DNA from: Octopus sinensis
Lineage: Eukaryota
NCBI RefSeq assembly: GCF_006345805.1
Contig: NC_043006.1
Location: 38,440,001-38,504,000 of the forward strand
Direction of reading: 5' to 3'
Length of the DNA: 64,000 nt
The notes under the pieces are model-generated. The model searched no databases and was not told the DNA's origin. It worked only from the letters and a program-made list of their open reading frames with translations. Both the position numbers and the translations under genes were made by a program. Within the stretch, counting starts at the first letter, position 1; each line of letters begins with the position of its first letter. Shown in pieces: positions 12,595 through 25,110 of the stretch.

Positions 12595-13077
12595 AGACAC
12601 ACTTAGAAAGGAAGGAAGCAGGCAGTGACAAAGTATAGAAAACCGCGTTAGCTACAGACTGTGCTACTCATGCATATAAATACACACACACACACACACT
12701 CCAAGTTAAAGCGCTGTTTGATATTTTTTTTTCACCTTTCTGTACCCTTTTTATATATAAACTACTTCAATTATCTGTTTTTGACAGCACGGAATCAGCT
12801 AGTTAAAAATAGAAACAAACATAATAATGACAAATAAGAAAAAAAAACCCCAAACAAACTGCATTCAAACAATTCGATTATTATTTAAACAATATCACAG
12901 TATTGACCAGTGGTCAATGACTGGACCATCAGATGCTGTAATATACCTCTGATCACGATGCGCTTCCAATTCTGTCTTGATTGCACCGTTCTTTTCCATC
13001 TTGACCCAAATTGCTTAATTAAATTGTCTTCCCATCATTTAAGTTCATCGGATTTTAGAAGTTATTCGGCCACTCAC

Positions 13078-13256
13078 CTGCAGTGGTAGAAAAGCACCGC
13101 CAGAATCAACCAGATAGATGCAAGGGAGACGATTCTGCAAGGCAATTTCCTGCAGTCTCAGCTGTTTCTTCACGCTTATAGGGAATATGCTGCCGCCTTT
13201 GACTGTGGCATCGTTGGCCAACACTAAACATTCAATGCCATGGACACGACCAATGC
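13078..13256 (-). CDS. MCCC2-like: MCCC2-like exon 2
   Basis: ttcag|GC...CAG|gtgagt; 179 nt, phase 1 to 0. [60 protein letters not shown] contains the hallmark NDATVKGG and DSGGA motifs. Not in the ORF track. Confidence 0.96.
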
Positions 13257-13846
13257 CTGAAATTAAAGACGATCCACTTTATCATCATCATCGTTATCAT
13301 CATTACCACCACCACCACCATCATCATCGCTGTCGTCGTCGAAGTTTAGTGTAACAACAGAGGGGAGAAAAGAAGTCATGAGGGCTGTGAGATGTGTTTT
13401 TTTTTTTAATAAATAGGTTTCTCCAATAGAAAAATAAACATTCAAGCTTTGCCTATTCTATTGTTATTTGTTCAAATGTATCTAAGAATACATTATCCAG
13501 TGTGTTCTTTCTTTCTGTGGTGGTAATGTGAGCTTTAAAGGAGATCTAGGTTGTTATTTCTAGCAGGTCCAACAACCAGAGGGGTTCACCGCTAGGTAGG
13601 TGAGTTGAAGACACCACCGAAATAGAAATGGCATGTATTAAACTAAATACAATAAAATAACAAAATCTTAAGGAAAAAACAAAAAGAAAACATCCTCAGT
13701 GAAGTGATTTAAAAATTTTTTTTATATTTCATAATTTATCACAATCCCACTGCGTGGGACCTTGGGCAAGTGTCGTCTACTATAGCCCCGGGCTGACCAA
13801 AGCCTTGTGAGTGGATTTGGTAGACGGAAACTGAAAGAAGCCCGTC

Positions 13847-13950
<104 letters not shown>

Positions 13951-14567
13951 CTGTGTTTGTCCCCTACCATCGCTTGACAACCGATATTGGTGTATTTACG
14001 TCCTCGTAACTTAGCAGTTCGGCAATAGAGACTGATAGAATAAGTACTAGGCTTACAAAGAATAAGTCCTGAGGACGATTTGTTTGACTAAAAAGGTGGT
14101 GCCCCAGTATGGCTGCAGTGAAATGACTGAAACAAATAATACCAAGCAAGTCATAGCAGTGTGGTAAAGAAGTTCGCTTTGTAACCACATGGTTCTGGGT
14201 TCAGTCCCACTGCATGGCATCTTCTGTTATAACCATGCACTGACCAATATCTGGTGAGTGAATTTGACACACGAAAATTGCAGAAAGGCATCCAGCCATA
14301 GGAACCATGACAAAACAGACAATTAGTCTGGTACAGTTCTCTCTCTGGCTTGCCAGCACCCATCAAATCGTCCAACAAATGCCAGTATAGAATACAGACG
14401 TTAAATGATGATGATGATGATGACAACACAAGATTGAACAAATGACAAAGAAAGAGGAAATCATGCAATGAACTTCATAACTTTACAGCTGTTTCTATTA
14501 TAAGGTGCATTGCACTCAGAGCTAAATGTTAGTGCATTACCTTAGAGCAGAAACAGCTGTAAGCTTT

Positions 14568-15634
14568 ATTTATATTATTTGCATTTGACGGATATTTGTC
14601 CTCATCTTGTTTGTTGTTAATACAAAGTTTCGGCTAATATACCCTTCATCAGGTGTCTTGGGGGAAATTTCGGATCTGGGTTCTCATTCCTAAGGTATTT
14701 TTTGATATTATTATTATAATTATTATTATTGAGTGAGAGAGCAGTGCATGCCATCAAAGTGACACTGGGGTAAAATATACGAAGCCCAGTATACCCATCA
14801 TGACTACCCGTCTGATAAGGGTACACTAGGCACATGCATCACAACCATATGTGCGCGACATGGTGATCTCATATCAAGATAAACAGTGCATGACCTTGCA
14901 GGTGGGGCCCAGTTAGAATTTTCCTCTGGTCGAGCAACCCATTCCTCTCAAAAAGTCCTTGAATAAGGGTTGTTTAAGGATGTTGAACGAAACACCTATG
15001 TTTCCAGAGGTGAATTATTAAAACCCCAAAGAATCCCTCTCAACACATGGCTATGATGCTCCCTCACTACTTCTGCTCATGATCAAAGATGCATATATCG
15101 TCAGCCACTAAGGGACATGCTCGACTGGTTAATGTCATACAACTGACAAGCAAATCTGTGGTATTGAGCAGAATATTTGCTGTAGCCCATCTTTTATACC
15201 GAGACAAAACAATGTACATGATAACGCTTCCAATCAGTTAAGATCAGAAGCCACGAGAGCCCTGCCTGGTACTGCATCAGGGCATTTACTATTATTATTA
15301 TTAAGATTGCTGTCTGGAATCGAACTCGGAATCTTGGGGTTAGTAGCCCGTGCTCTTAACCACTACACCATATGCCTGTGGGCATAGTGGTTAAGAGCGC
15401 GGGCTACTAACCCCAAGATTCCGAGTTCGATTCCAGGCAGTGACCTAAATAATAATAATATCGAAAAATAGCTTAGGAATGAGAACTCAGGTTCGAAATA
15501 TCTCCAAGACACCTGATGAAGGCTGAAGGATATATCAGCCGAAAAAGGTGTATTAACAACAAACAAGATGAGGACAAATATCCGTCAAATGTAAATAATG
15601 TACATAATTCCTCATCTCTTAAATATAGAACTGT
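14568..15634. mobile_element. Fold-back SINE-like element: hammerhead arm-(ATT)n-tRNA-like head / tRNA-like head-(AAT)n-hammerhead arm, with a later insertion of about 560 bp (14731-15290)
   Basis: Inverted tRNA-like heads 15310-15365 / 15385-15440 (54/56 complementary; A-box TAGTGGTTAAG, B-box GAGTTCGATTCC). Arm sequence gaaaaata.cttaggaatgagaac.caggttcgaaat..ccaagacacctgatgaaggctg...gaaa...aacaagatgaggacaaatatccgtcaaatg lies on + at 15460-15634 and on - at 14568-14710. Confidence 0.85.
15508..15553 (+). ncRNA. Minimal type I hammerhead ribozyme motif, family 1 (core and stem II intact, stem III mutated)
   Basis: gacac CTGATGA a ggctg-aaggatatat-cagcc GAAA aagg tgtat. The family consensus GAAACGTT gtgtt is preserved at 24302-24314. 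Confidence 0.6.
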
Positions 15635-18174
15635 ACCAGCTAATGGAGTTAATTTCATAATTTCTTGTCCCTCTGTCATTTATTTAATTTCTTATTCCTG
15701 CTCTGTACAAAACAGACGCTTTGTTCCGAAGCATTTGTGTATTGAGTTTTAACACCAAGTTATTAGTATCGCTATAACTAAACGAAATATTAGAATACAT
15801 ACAAATGAGGTGTGGGAGTGTGGTAAGAAGCTTCCTTCCCAACCACATGGTTCTGGGTTCAGTCCCACTGCGTGGCCCCTTGGGCAAATGTCTTCTATAG
15901 CCTCGGGCCAATTAAAACCTTGTAGACGGAAACTGAAAGAAGCCTGTCGTTATATTCATGTATATATTTATGTGTGTGTGTCTGTGTTTGTCCCCACGAC
16001 GCCGTCGTTTGACGACCGATGTTAGTGTGTATACAAGCTTACAAAGAATAAGTCCTTGGATAAATTTGTTTGGCTAAAATGCATTACTCCAGCATGGCCG
16101 CAGTCAAATGCTTGAAAGAAATAAAAGAATATATACACACACACACGCGCGCGGCATATGTTCTGCACGCAAACCGGGTCAGACCAATCCAATTATCTCC
16201 CTTACACGCTGTACAGGAAATCGGTCAATAACCGATGAAGTTTACGAAAGCGATGACATAATAATTATAAATTGCTTTGAAGAATTAAAAGTACTCGTGT
16301 GTACTTTCTTCGTTTTTGTTTGAAATTAATACTTATAACATTAAATGTTACGTCAAGCTGAAAGTCTAAGCTGTTACTTTTTACAAAGAATGAAATTATA
16401 ATATTGATTTCAAATTTTGGCACAAGGCCAGCAATTTCGTGGGAGGCGACAAGTCGATTACATCGCCCCAAGTGCTCAACTGGCATTTATTTTATCGACC
16501 CCGAAGGGATGAAAGACAAAGTCGACCTCGTTGGAATTTGAACTCAAAACGTGAAAGCGGACAAAACGCTACCTAACATATTGCACAACGTGGTAAAGAT
16601 TCTGCTAGCTTGCAACCTTAAATGAAATTATTAATATCAGAGTTGTACCTGCATAGCAAGTGAATTTATCGAACCGTTCGTTTGAATTGTTATTTGTAAT
16701 GGGTCGAATTACCACGAAAATACGCGTGACCTAGTCATTAGGGTGTTGCACACACCATCGGAAGATTGGGGTTTCGATTCTCAGACCGGGCGGTGCGTTG
16801 TATTCTAGATCCAAACGCTTCATGTTGCTTCAATCCACCCACTCAGCTGCAGTTTGAATGTAGTGATTTTGGTCACTTATACGTCATGGAAAGCTGGTAA
16901 CCGGCCCGACTAGTCCTTAGGACACGAAACTGTAATGTGCCCAAATTTAAGAAGTTACCACATTGGCGCTGCCGATGACAGTGCCCAGCCGAAGTCTATA
17001 TCTCACTAGTAATCCCGGTCCATCATTTTGATAATGGATCCAAACGTGTTGATAAATGGTAGCATGATTTTAGCTGGTGTATCTATTTAACAGCCTCTTA
17101 AAAAATGAAACAATTATATTGTAAAAGAATCATTGTAGCCATTTAAAACAAACATCGTTTATTGTTAAAACTGAGACAACAAAATTATAATATTAAGCCA
17201 GTTGTCTTGTGTGGGACAGAAACTTGGATAATGGACAGAGCAATAATCGAAATATTTATAATTGTAGGTCTTTTCAGTGAGCGTTGACCAGACGAAACAG
17301 ACCAAGCAAACAAACAGGCCTCTATGTAGCTGATCGACCTGCTAAAAATAGCAAGCATAACCTATCATCTTGAAGTACAAATGAGAAATAATTACATATG
17401 ACAGGATGGACATAACCAGAACGCCCTTTTTAAAAAATTGCCAATTGTTTCAAAAGCCATGTCTTAGGTTAGATTTCCGACGGTCAATAACTGGAACACT
17501 ACCTGACAGTCTGTACGACCTGGAACAAATACATAGAGGGTATTTTTGTCAGCTAACACCATTTTTTTCCTAATTTCCTCGCCAATATTTACATTTTTCC
17601 GTGAACATTACATCCATACCATACATGTACAAATGGTGTGTATATATTGGTATGTATGTGCATATGTAGGAGTGTGCATGTGCAGGTTTGTACTGCAGTT
17701 TCCGACTACCAAATTCTATTTACAAAGCAATTATGGTACTTGTTGAAGGTGCTGCACTGCAGGGTCGTAATTGCTGAGTGAACTTGCTGATCGAAAGCAA
17801 TAATGCATGTGACCGTAAGTCTATTTGACAAAGACTAACATAGAGCTTAAATAGCAATAACATGCATCAAGCAAGTCAACGAGGGAACCTCCTCGCTGTT
17901 GCTTGATGTGCTAGAAATAGCAGTCAAATCTCGCTTAGATCTCATTCTACCCTTTTAAATAGAATGGACACTGGACACTGATGCGTGTAATTCTCGACAT
18001 AATAACATCTGGAAAAAATCATTACAATGGTGTTCATGTAGTTATTCCAAAACACCGATCGTTGATCACATGTCTGCTTAACCAGAATTGACCTACACAG
18101 AGTAACAAAGATGACACACGTCCTTGCACATTTACAAAATATAAAACAAAAAGAAGAAATTCGGTTTATTTCAC

Positions 18175-18670
18175 CTGATAAAATTCCAGCTTGGGGTATA
18201 CTTCCATATTCCATTCCCATCCCAGCTATCTGCAATAATTCAAAGAAGGAGGAATCGTCATCGAGGACTTGTTTAACTCTTTCTCTGGCCAAAAGTTTCC
18301 TGTGAAATTTGGTGTGTCTCTCGACAGAGCGGCTTCCACCTCCAGCCAGAGACTCGTTGAGCAAATGTTTATATTCGCTGGCCAAACGTTCTGCTTGTTT
18401 TCGGTTCTTCTGGAAGACATCCTGGCTACGATCTATAGTAACGTTTTGAAGGCGTGGAAATACTCGGGACTTTGATCCTCTGCTCGTTACATCGGCATCT
18501 GGCTGTTGGCATGTTATATTATTTTTAAAACTAGAGGTAGTGTTAACCGATCGTTTAGAAAGTAAATGCTGGCGACTGACAGATAGAAATTCGTGATTCG
18601 TTTGAAATTGTAAAATGCATCGATTGATTTGATGGTGTTTTAAAAATGAGAACGACGGAAAAGCTTTCAT
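18175..18670 (-). CDS. MCCC2-like: MCCC2-like carboxyltransferase beta subunit, coding exon 1 (probable mitochondrial presequence plus start of CT domain)
   Basis: ATG at 18670 with an in-frame TAA 12 nt upstream. Translation MKAFPSFSFL...LAGGGSRSVERHTKFHRKLLARERVKQVLDDDSSFFELLQIAGMGMEYGSIPQAGILSG matches the MCC-beta N-terminus pattern (GGG..A.ERH..R.KLL.RER...LLD). Donor G|GTGAAA, phase 1; 496 nt. Confidence 0.93.
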
Positions 18671-18969
18671 AATACTTAATTATTATCCAAATGGTTTATG
18701 AATGGTTTTCTGCTTGAAAAGGGAGATAAATCTAATGAATTCTTTTTGTAAGTCTACAGATAAAACCTGACTGCAGTCTTAATTGGCGAAATAAATAAAT
18801 AAATAAATAAACAGCAACAGTTGTTTCTGTAAAGGTGACAAGGCTCTAGATTTGGGTCAGGGAGGGCATTAGTCAATTGTATTTACCCTGGTACTTCTAC
18901 TTTATGTTTTTGACCCCAAAAGAATGAAAGGCGAAGTGGCATACCTACACAAAAGTGCATCCGCCTCAC

Positions 18970-19584
18970 GACTTTGTTTCCTCATGCCTTTCAGAAAAAT
19001 CAATATTTCTATTATGATTATATGATTGCAAATTACGATTATATAAGAACCTAAGGGAACATTTGTTTCCGTTTTTCCGAGGGTTGGTGAGAAGTTTCAG
19101 AAAATTCACACAAATCGGCTTTATTTCCTCATAAGTATTTTCTAATGAAATTTTCTCCAAATACGCTTTCAGATGTCTAAATTACAATTATATCAAAATT
19201 TAATTTGAAATTGGTGGATTCATACACATACATACTGACACGCACCACGATTTTTTTTGCAATTTCAGTTTTTTTTTTTGTAGATATACGTGATGTTGTG
19301 TGAGCTCACCGATTTCTATTTTTTATATTAAATTCCATTATAATCGCAATCTACACACTCTGAAAAATATTTTTTGCAAATTTCATAAAAATTCATGAAT
19401 TTTTCTGGAAGTTATGAAGAAACAAAAGTAACTTGTGTAAATTTTCAGAAATTCCTCACCCCACGCTCGGAAAACATTTTTCATCTCAAATTCTGATATA
19501 ATTGGATTGTACACCATCTGAAGCATATTTGTAGAAAATTTTATTTAAAAAATCTTTTTCTGGAAATTATGAGGAAACAAAGTC
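18970..19584. mobile_element. Fold-back/MITE-like element with modular inverted repeats, 300 bp upstream of the MCCC2-like ATG
   Basis: IR pairs 18970-18999 / 19555-19584 (gactttgtttcctcat...agaaaaa), 19086-19134 / 19412-19460 and about 19143-19176 / 19515-19545. Confidence 0.65.
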
Positions 19585-20189
19585 AGTCGCGGGGGAGGGA
19601 CACATTTGTGTAGGTATGCTGATGAAGTTGACCTTGGGCGGACTTGAACTTTGAATGTAGAGAGTGGAAAGAAATTTTGCCTGGATATAACATCATCAAT
19701 GCTACTAAACATAAAAAAGAAAATCAGTGATGGCTTATAAACATTTCTACTGTAGATACATGGCAATTTTTATTTTTTTTCATTAGAGAACTGACTGTGA
19801 AGTAACACACTTTAAAATGGAAGAATGAGAGCTTCACATTTCGCACAGGAACACACACATACACTTTCTCTCTCTCTTTTTTTTATGTTAAAAGATGCAT
19901 GTATGTGGTTTTACTCAACGTTCATTATTCCAAATTGATGAATGTGTATGTATGTATCTTATTCATCATTTTACATCAGATTTTCATGGCCTGAATTCCG
20001 ATTTGGAATAACTGCTCACCTAGATAATTTAGAGGGCCCTGTCCTGCTCATATGTTCCATTTTTCATATGGTTTCTTAGTTAGATGCCCTTCGTAACACC
20101 AGCTTCTTTACAAGTTGTACAGGGTGCACTCTGTAAATAGATCCAACAGTAGAGGTTGCCAGGTTTTTGACAATATTAAAAACAACGCA

Positions 20190-20560
20190 AGAGCGGCTGT
20201 GTGGTTAATAGCTTGCTTACCAACCACATGGTTCTGGGTTCAGTCCCACTGTGTGACACCTTCGGCAAGTGTCTTCTACTATAGCCTCGGGCTGACCAAA
20301 ACCTTGTGAGTAGATTTGGTAGATGGAAACTGAAAGAAGCCTGTCATATGTATATATCTATATATATGTGTATGTGTGTTTTTGTATGTCCGTGTTTGTC
20401 CCCCCCAACATCACTTGACAACCGATGCTGGTGTGTTTACATCCCTGTAACTTAGCGGTAACTAGGCTTACAAAGAATAAGTCCTGGGGTCAATGTGCTT
20501 GACTAAAGGCGGTGCTTCAGCATGGCCATAGTCAAATGACAGAAACAAGTAAAAGAGTAA
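20190..20560 (+). mobile_element. SINE family A, full-length copy
   Basis: Same head, core and tail as 52381-52745. Confidence 0.83.
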
Positions 20561-21829
20561 CCATCTTGATTCCATGGCTCTTGGCTGGTTGAACCACGTA
20601 CCCTACAAAGTGTAGTGGGAGCATTCTGTTGTGACATCAGCATGGCGAGGTTGCCTTGTTCATTGCAAGATGAAAAGAAGGAACCCTTAATATGCTGCGC
20701 TGTTTCCATTCATTCAATGCAGTTTGACGAAGAGGGTAGACTGAGGAGCAGGTGGTGACAGAAGATGAACAAGTGGGTGAAGGCAAATATATGACAGAGG
20801 AAATAGACTGGAAGGTAAGAGGGTGGCAGAAAAGAGGGTAATGAAAGAGAAGCAGTAATAGTGAGTAATAGTCAGTAATAGTGAGAGAGTGATTTATGTC
20901 AGTAATGTGTAACCTGAGGGAGTGAGTAATGGCTAGCAGTACAGAAGGGTGATGTTTGGTGGTAAAAGAAAGTAGGTGATGGGTAGTTGTAGGGATAGTC
21001 AGTGTTAATGGAGAGTGATCGATGTTGATAAGTGACCTGGTGGAGAGGAAGGGAGATAAGCCATTACCTAAGTGGTAGATGTTTTAGTAAAGCCATTGTT
21101 GATTTGACATTAGCCATTTTATGTTTCTCTCTGTCCCTCTGTGAACAACAAGTTATGTTTGTATCAGGCACATACCCTCAGTAATTACTCAGGGTAGGCA
21201 GCTGGTGACATTTATGTAGTGAAATACAGGCAAGCGACTGAGTTGAAGGCAGATTTACTTCTGCTTTATAGGATGTAAAGAAAATGCTATTGCAGGAGTG
21301 TATGCAACGTATGTACTACAGCAGTATTATGTGTAGCTTAAATACTGAGATTGAAAGGCAGGGGCGAATTATGCCTACCTAATCTACAAAAAAATGAAAT
21401 AGTTTGTATTTTATGCCAAGTAATCAGAGTAACCTTCATAATTTTATTGAATTAGATGCATAAAAAGAAAATGTTGCTATCAATCTATTTTATTCAAGGT
21501 AGGCACTGCCTACCTTGCCTACTTAGGCGGCACGTCCCTGGTGTGTATGTATGTGTAATATCTCTGTCCACATACACATTGGAACTCCATCAGTTACAAT
21601 GACAGGGATTTCGGCTGATCTGATCAATGGAACAGCTTATAAAATTGTGCAAGTGGCTGGGTACTCCACAGACATATGTACCTTAACATAGTTCTCTGGG
21701 AGAATCAGTGTGACAAGGCTGGGCCCCCGTTTGTAATTACAGGTTCTACTCATTTCTGCCAGCTGAGTGGACTGGAGCAAAGTGAAATAAAGTGTCTTGC
21801 TCAAGAATACCCATTCCACTCTGTATCAC

Positions 21830-22190
21830 TCTGTTGGTTACGAAAACGAGGGTTCCAGCTGATCTGATCAATGGAACAGCCTGCTCATGAAATTAACGTG
21901 CAAGTGGCTGAGCATTCCACAGACATGTATACACTTAACGTAGTTCTTGGGGAGATTCAGTGTGACAAGGCTGGGCCTTTGAAATACAGGTACAACAGAA
22001 ACAGGAAGAAAGAGTGAGAGAAAGTTGTGATGAAAGGGCACAGCAGGGTTCACCACCACACCCTGCTGGAGCCTCATGGAGCTTTAGGTGTTTTTGCTCA
22101 ATAAACACTTACAATGCCTGGTCTGGGAACTGAAACCATGATCCTATGACTGCGAGACTGCTGCCCTATCCACTGGGCCATTGCGCCTCC
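21830..22190 (-). mobile_element. tRNA-derived SINE family C
   Basis: gggttccagctgatctgatcaatggaacagcctgctc.tgaaattaacgtgcaagtggctgag..., with a tRNA-like head on the minus strand at the right end. Other copies at about 810-1110, 21595-21820, 39040-39170, 43490-43730, 61250-61440. Confidence 0.78.
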
Positions 22191-22226
22191 ACAACCCATT
22201 CCACTAAGCAACACACATATACACAT

Positions 22227-22291
<65 letters not shown>

Positions 22292-23344
22292 TGCAAATCT
22301 GCAGGCATGGTTCCAGGAATTTTTCAAAGGGAGTGCACAAGGTCAGAAGGGAATCCAATTCCAGGAGAAAAGGGCATAATATTATTTAGACGGGAGCACA
22401 TCTTTTCTTGAGGAAGGCACATTTCCCTCAGCATTCCTAATTCTGTGGGTCTGCCTCTGCATTTGCATATTCTTGCCTCCAGCGCCAGTGTTCTGTCACA
22501 AAAAGAGGCTGAATATCCTGTCAGCTGTATCAAATCAGCGTCCAGGCCACTGAGCCCTACCTTTTCATTGTGTTACCTAAAAGTGATAGCATGGTTCTTT
22601 GTCATGCAGGCTTCGTGAAAAGAAAGAGAGAAGTAGTGATTCAAATAATGGTTGGCAAGGATTGAATGTGGACAGATGCGATGATATTCCTCATTACATG
22701 GGTAGCATTGTACAATAAAGAGGGGAGTTTGAGGTTTGGAGAGAAGGCAGTGTCTGAGTGAGTGTTGGAGAGATGGGAGAGTGTTTGAGAGTTTGCGTGA
22801 AGGTTGGAGAGATGGGAGTGTTTGAGAGATAGTCCCATATAGAAGTAAAAATGGAGACTGCAGAAGAATATTCTGGGAGGGAGATGCAAATGGAGGAATG
22901 CTACAAATCCCAGTTTCCATCACAACCAATGAGAATAAGTATTTATCTGTCTCAGTCATTAGGCTGTGGCCATACTGGAACTTTGCCTTTGAAAGATCAG
23001 ATTGAACAAATTCGTCCTACAATATGCTTTAAGTCTAGTACTTATTCTATTAGCCAATTTTCTTGAACTGCTAAGTTATGGAGATGTAAACAAACCAACA
23101 CAAGCACACATATGCAGCAGGTTTCCATACAGTTTCCATTGACCAAATTCTTTTGCAAGTCATTGGTCAGCCACAGGGTTGTAATGTCTCATGTTGACAT
23201 AAAACTACAAATATATAGGGAAGGTAGTTATTTGTATCATCGTCAGTGCCTGACAAATATTCACTTTATAAATCCCTAATGGACACAAAGCAAAAGCCAA
23301 CCCCACTGGAATTTATACTTGGTGCTTACAGAAATAAAAACACA

Positions 23345-23580
23345 GTGGTGAGGTAGCAGAAACGTTAGCACGCCGGGCGAAATGCTTTGCTGTATTTCAT
23401 CTGCTGCTACGTTCTGAGTTCAAATTCCATCGAGGCCGACTTTGCCTTTCATCCTTTCGGGATTGATTAAATAAATACCAGTTATGCACTGAGGTCGATA
23501 TAATTAACTTAATCCATTTGTCTGTTCTTGTTTGTTCCCTCTGTGAGTAGCCCTTTGTGGGTAATAAAGAAATAAGAAAT
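23345..23580 (+). mobile_element. tRNA-derived SINE family B
   Basis: ggtgag.tagcagaaacgttagcacgccgggcgaaatgc...ttctgagttcaaattcc..cgaggccgactttgcctttcatcctttcggg. Other copies at about 590-790, 16420-16620, 24585-24700, 30830-31040, 44220-44430, a tandem pair at 51090-51525, and 63200-63390. Confidence 0.8.
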
Positions 23581-24019
23581 AAAAGCATAGTGGAGAGGTA
23601 GAACATGAAACACAAGTTCAAGAGAAGGAGGGAGAGTGAATAGAGGTAGAAGAGATGATCCAGAACCTCTCTATTCCTCTTCTCTAAGCCACTTACTCCA
23701 CCCCCATCCCTGCCTTTTACTCTCTTTCTCCCTCTGTGAACTGCTTTTGCCAATTTCTTCTTACTGGTTGCATACCCATAACCTTTGCACATTCCATCTG
23801 CTAATTATCAGCTTTACGATCATGACATAATTCTGAGCTTCCAGAAACAGTTGTCGAGATAAAAGTATCTGCATTCTCTCTTGAGCATTCTGTAACTTTT
23901 ATGTTTCATGTAAATATATTTGCATTGTCTTCTGTTTTTGCAGTGACTTTCCTTGCTTGATATATGGCTGAAATTTGGTGATTTTAATTGGATCCCATGG
24001 GTAAAAAGGTACATTTTTT

Positions 24020-24395
24020 TATATTATTTAAATTTGATGGATATTTGTCCTCATCTTGTTTGTTGTTAACACAATGTTTTGGCTGATATGCTCTCTAGCC
24101 TTCATCAGGTGCCCACAGGCATATGGCGTAATGGTTGAAAACACAGGCTACTAACTTCAAGATTCTGAGATCCATTCCAGGCAGTGACCTGAATAATAAT
24201 AATAATAATAATAATTATAATATGGAAAAGTATCTTAGGAATGAGAACCCAGGTTCGAAATTTCCCAAGACACCTGATCAAGACTGGAGGGTATATCAGC
24301 CGAAACGTTGTGTTAACAACAAACAAGATAAGGACAAATATCCATCAATTGTAAATAATGAACATAATTTCTCATCTCTTAAATATAGAACTGTA
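24020..24395. mobile_element. Second, internally deleted copy of the tRNA-head/hammerhead fold-back element
   Basis: Minus arm 24020-24111 is joined directly to the centre cccacaggcatatggcg; then tRNA-like head to 24190, (AAT)n, and plus arm to ...ctcatctcttaaatatagaactgta at 24395. Confidence 0.85.
24269..24314 (+). ncRNA. Minimal hammerhead motif, family 1 (stem I and palindromic stem III intact; G8>C in core)
   Basis: gacac CTGATCA a gactg-gagggtatat-cagcc GAA ACGT T gtgtt; stem I gacac/gtgtt. Confidence 0.6.
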
Positions 24396-24704
24396 TTATG
24401 TAATCAGTACAGAGCCGAGATTAGACTTCAATGGAGAAATATAGAGAAACTCCATCTAAAAAAATTAAAATTAAGAATAAAAAACAAAAAGCCCACAGGC
24501 ATATGGCATATCCGTCAAATGTAAATAATGTAAATGATGTAAATAGTAGCTTAACATATTCATCTTAACATGTTTATGGAGATTCAGGCAGCAAGCTGGC
24601 AGAATTGTTAGTATGCTAGGTAAAGTGCTAAGTGACATTTTGTCCTTCTGCATGCACTGAGATCAAATTCCATTGAGGTCAATTTTGCCTTTCATCTTTT
24701 TGGA

Positions 24705-25110
24705 GGAGTGGCTGTGTGGTAAGTAGCTTGCTTATGAACCATATGGTTGAAGGTTCATTCCCACTGTGTGGCACCTTGGGCAAGTGTCTTCTACTATAGC
24801 CTCGGGCCGACCAAAGCCTTGTGAGTGGATTTGGTAGACGGAAACTGAAATAAGCCTGTCGTGTATATGTATATATATGTATGTATGTATGTGTGTGTGT
24901 ATATGTTTGTGTGTCTGTGTTTGTCTCCCCAGCATTGCTTGACAACCGATGCTGGTGTGTTTAGGTCCCCGTCACTTAGCGGTTTGGCAAGAGAGACCAA
25001 TAGAATAAGTACTAGGCTTACAAAGAATAAGTCCTGGGGTCGATTGTGCTTGACTAAAGGCAGTGCTCCAGCATGGCCACAGTCAAATGACTGAAACAAG
25101 TAAAAGAGTA
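24705..25110 (+). mobile_element. SINE family A, full-length copy
   Basis: Same head, core and tail as 52381-52745. Confidence 0.85.

Noticed and set aside
15380-15445. Possible tRNA gene (anticodon-like ACT)
   Set aside because: No proper acceptor stem, present as an inverted pair and as a decayed copy at 24112-24190; it is a SINE head.
17942-18174. C-terminal part of the 242-aa ORF 17942-18670
   Set aside because: Read-through past the exon-1 donor at 18174; homology continues in exon 2 at 13256.
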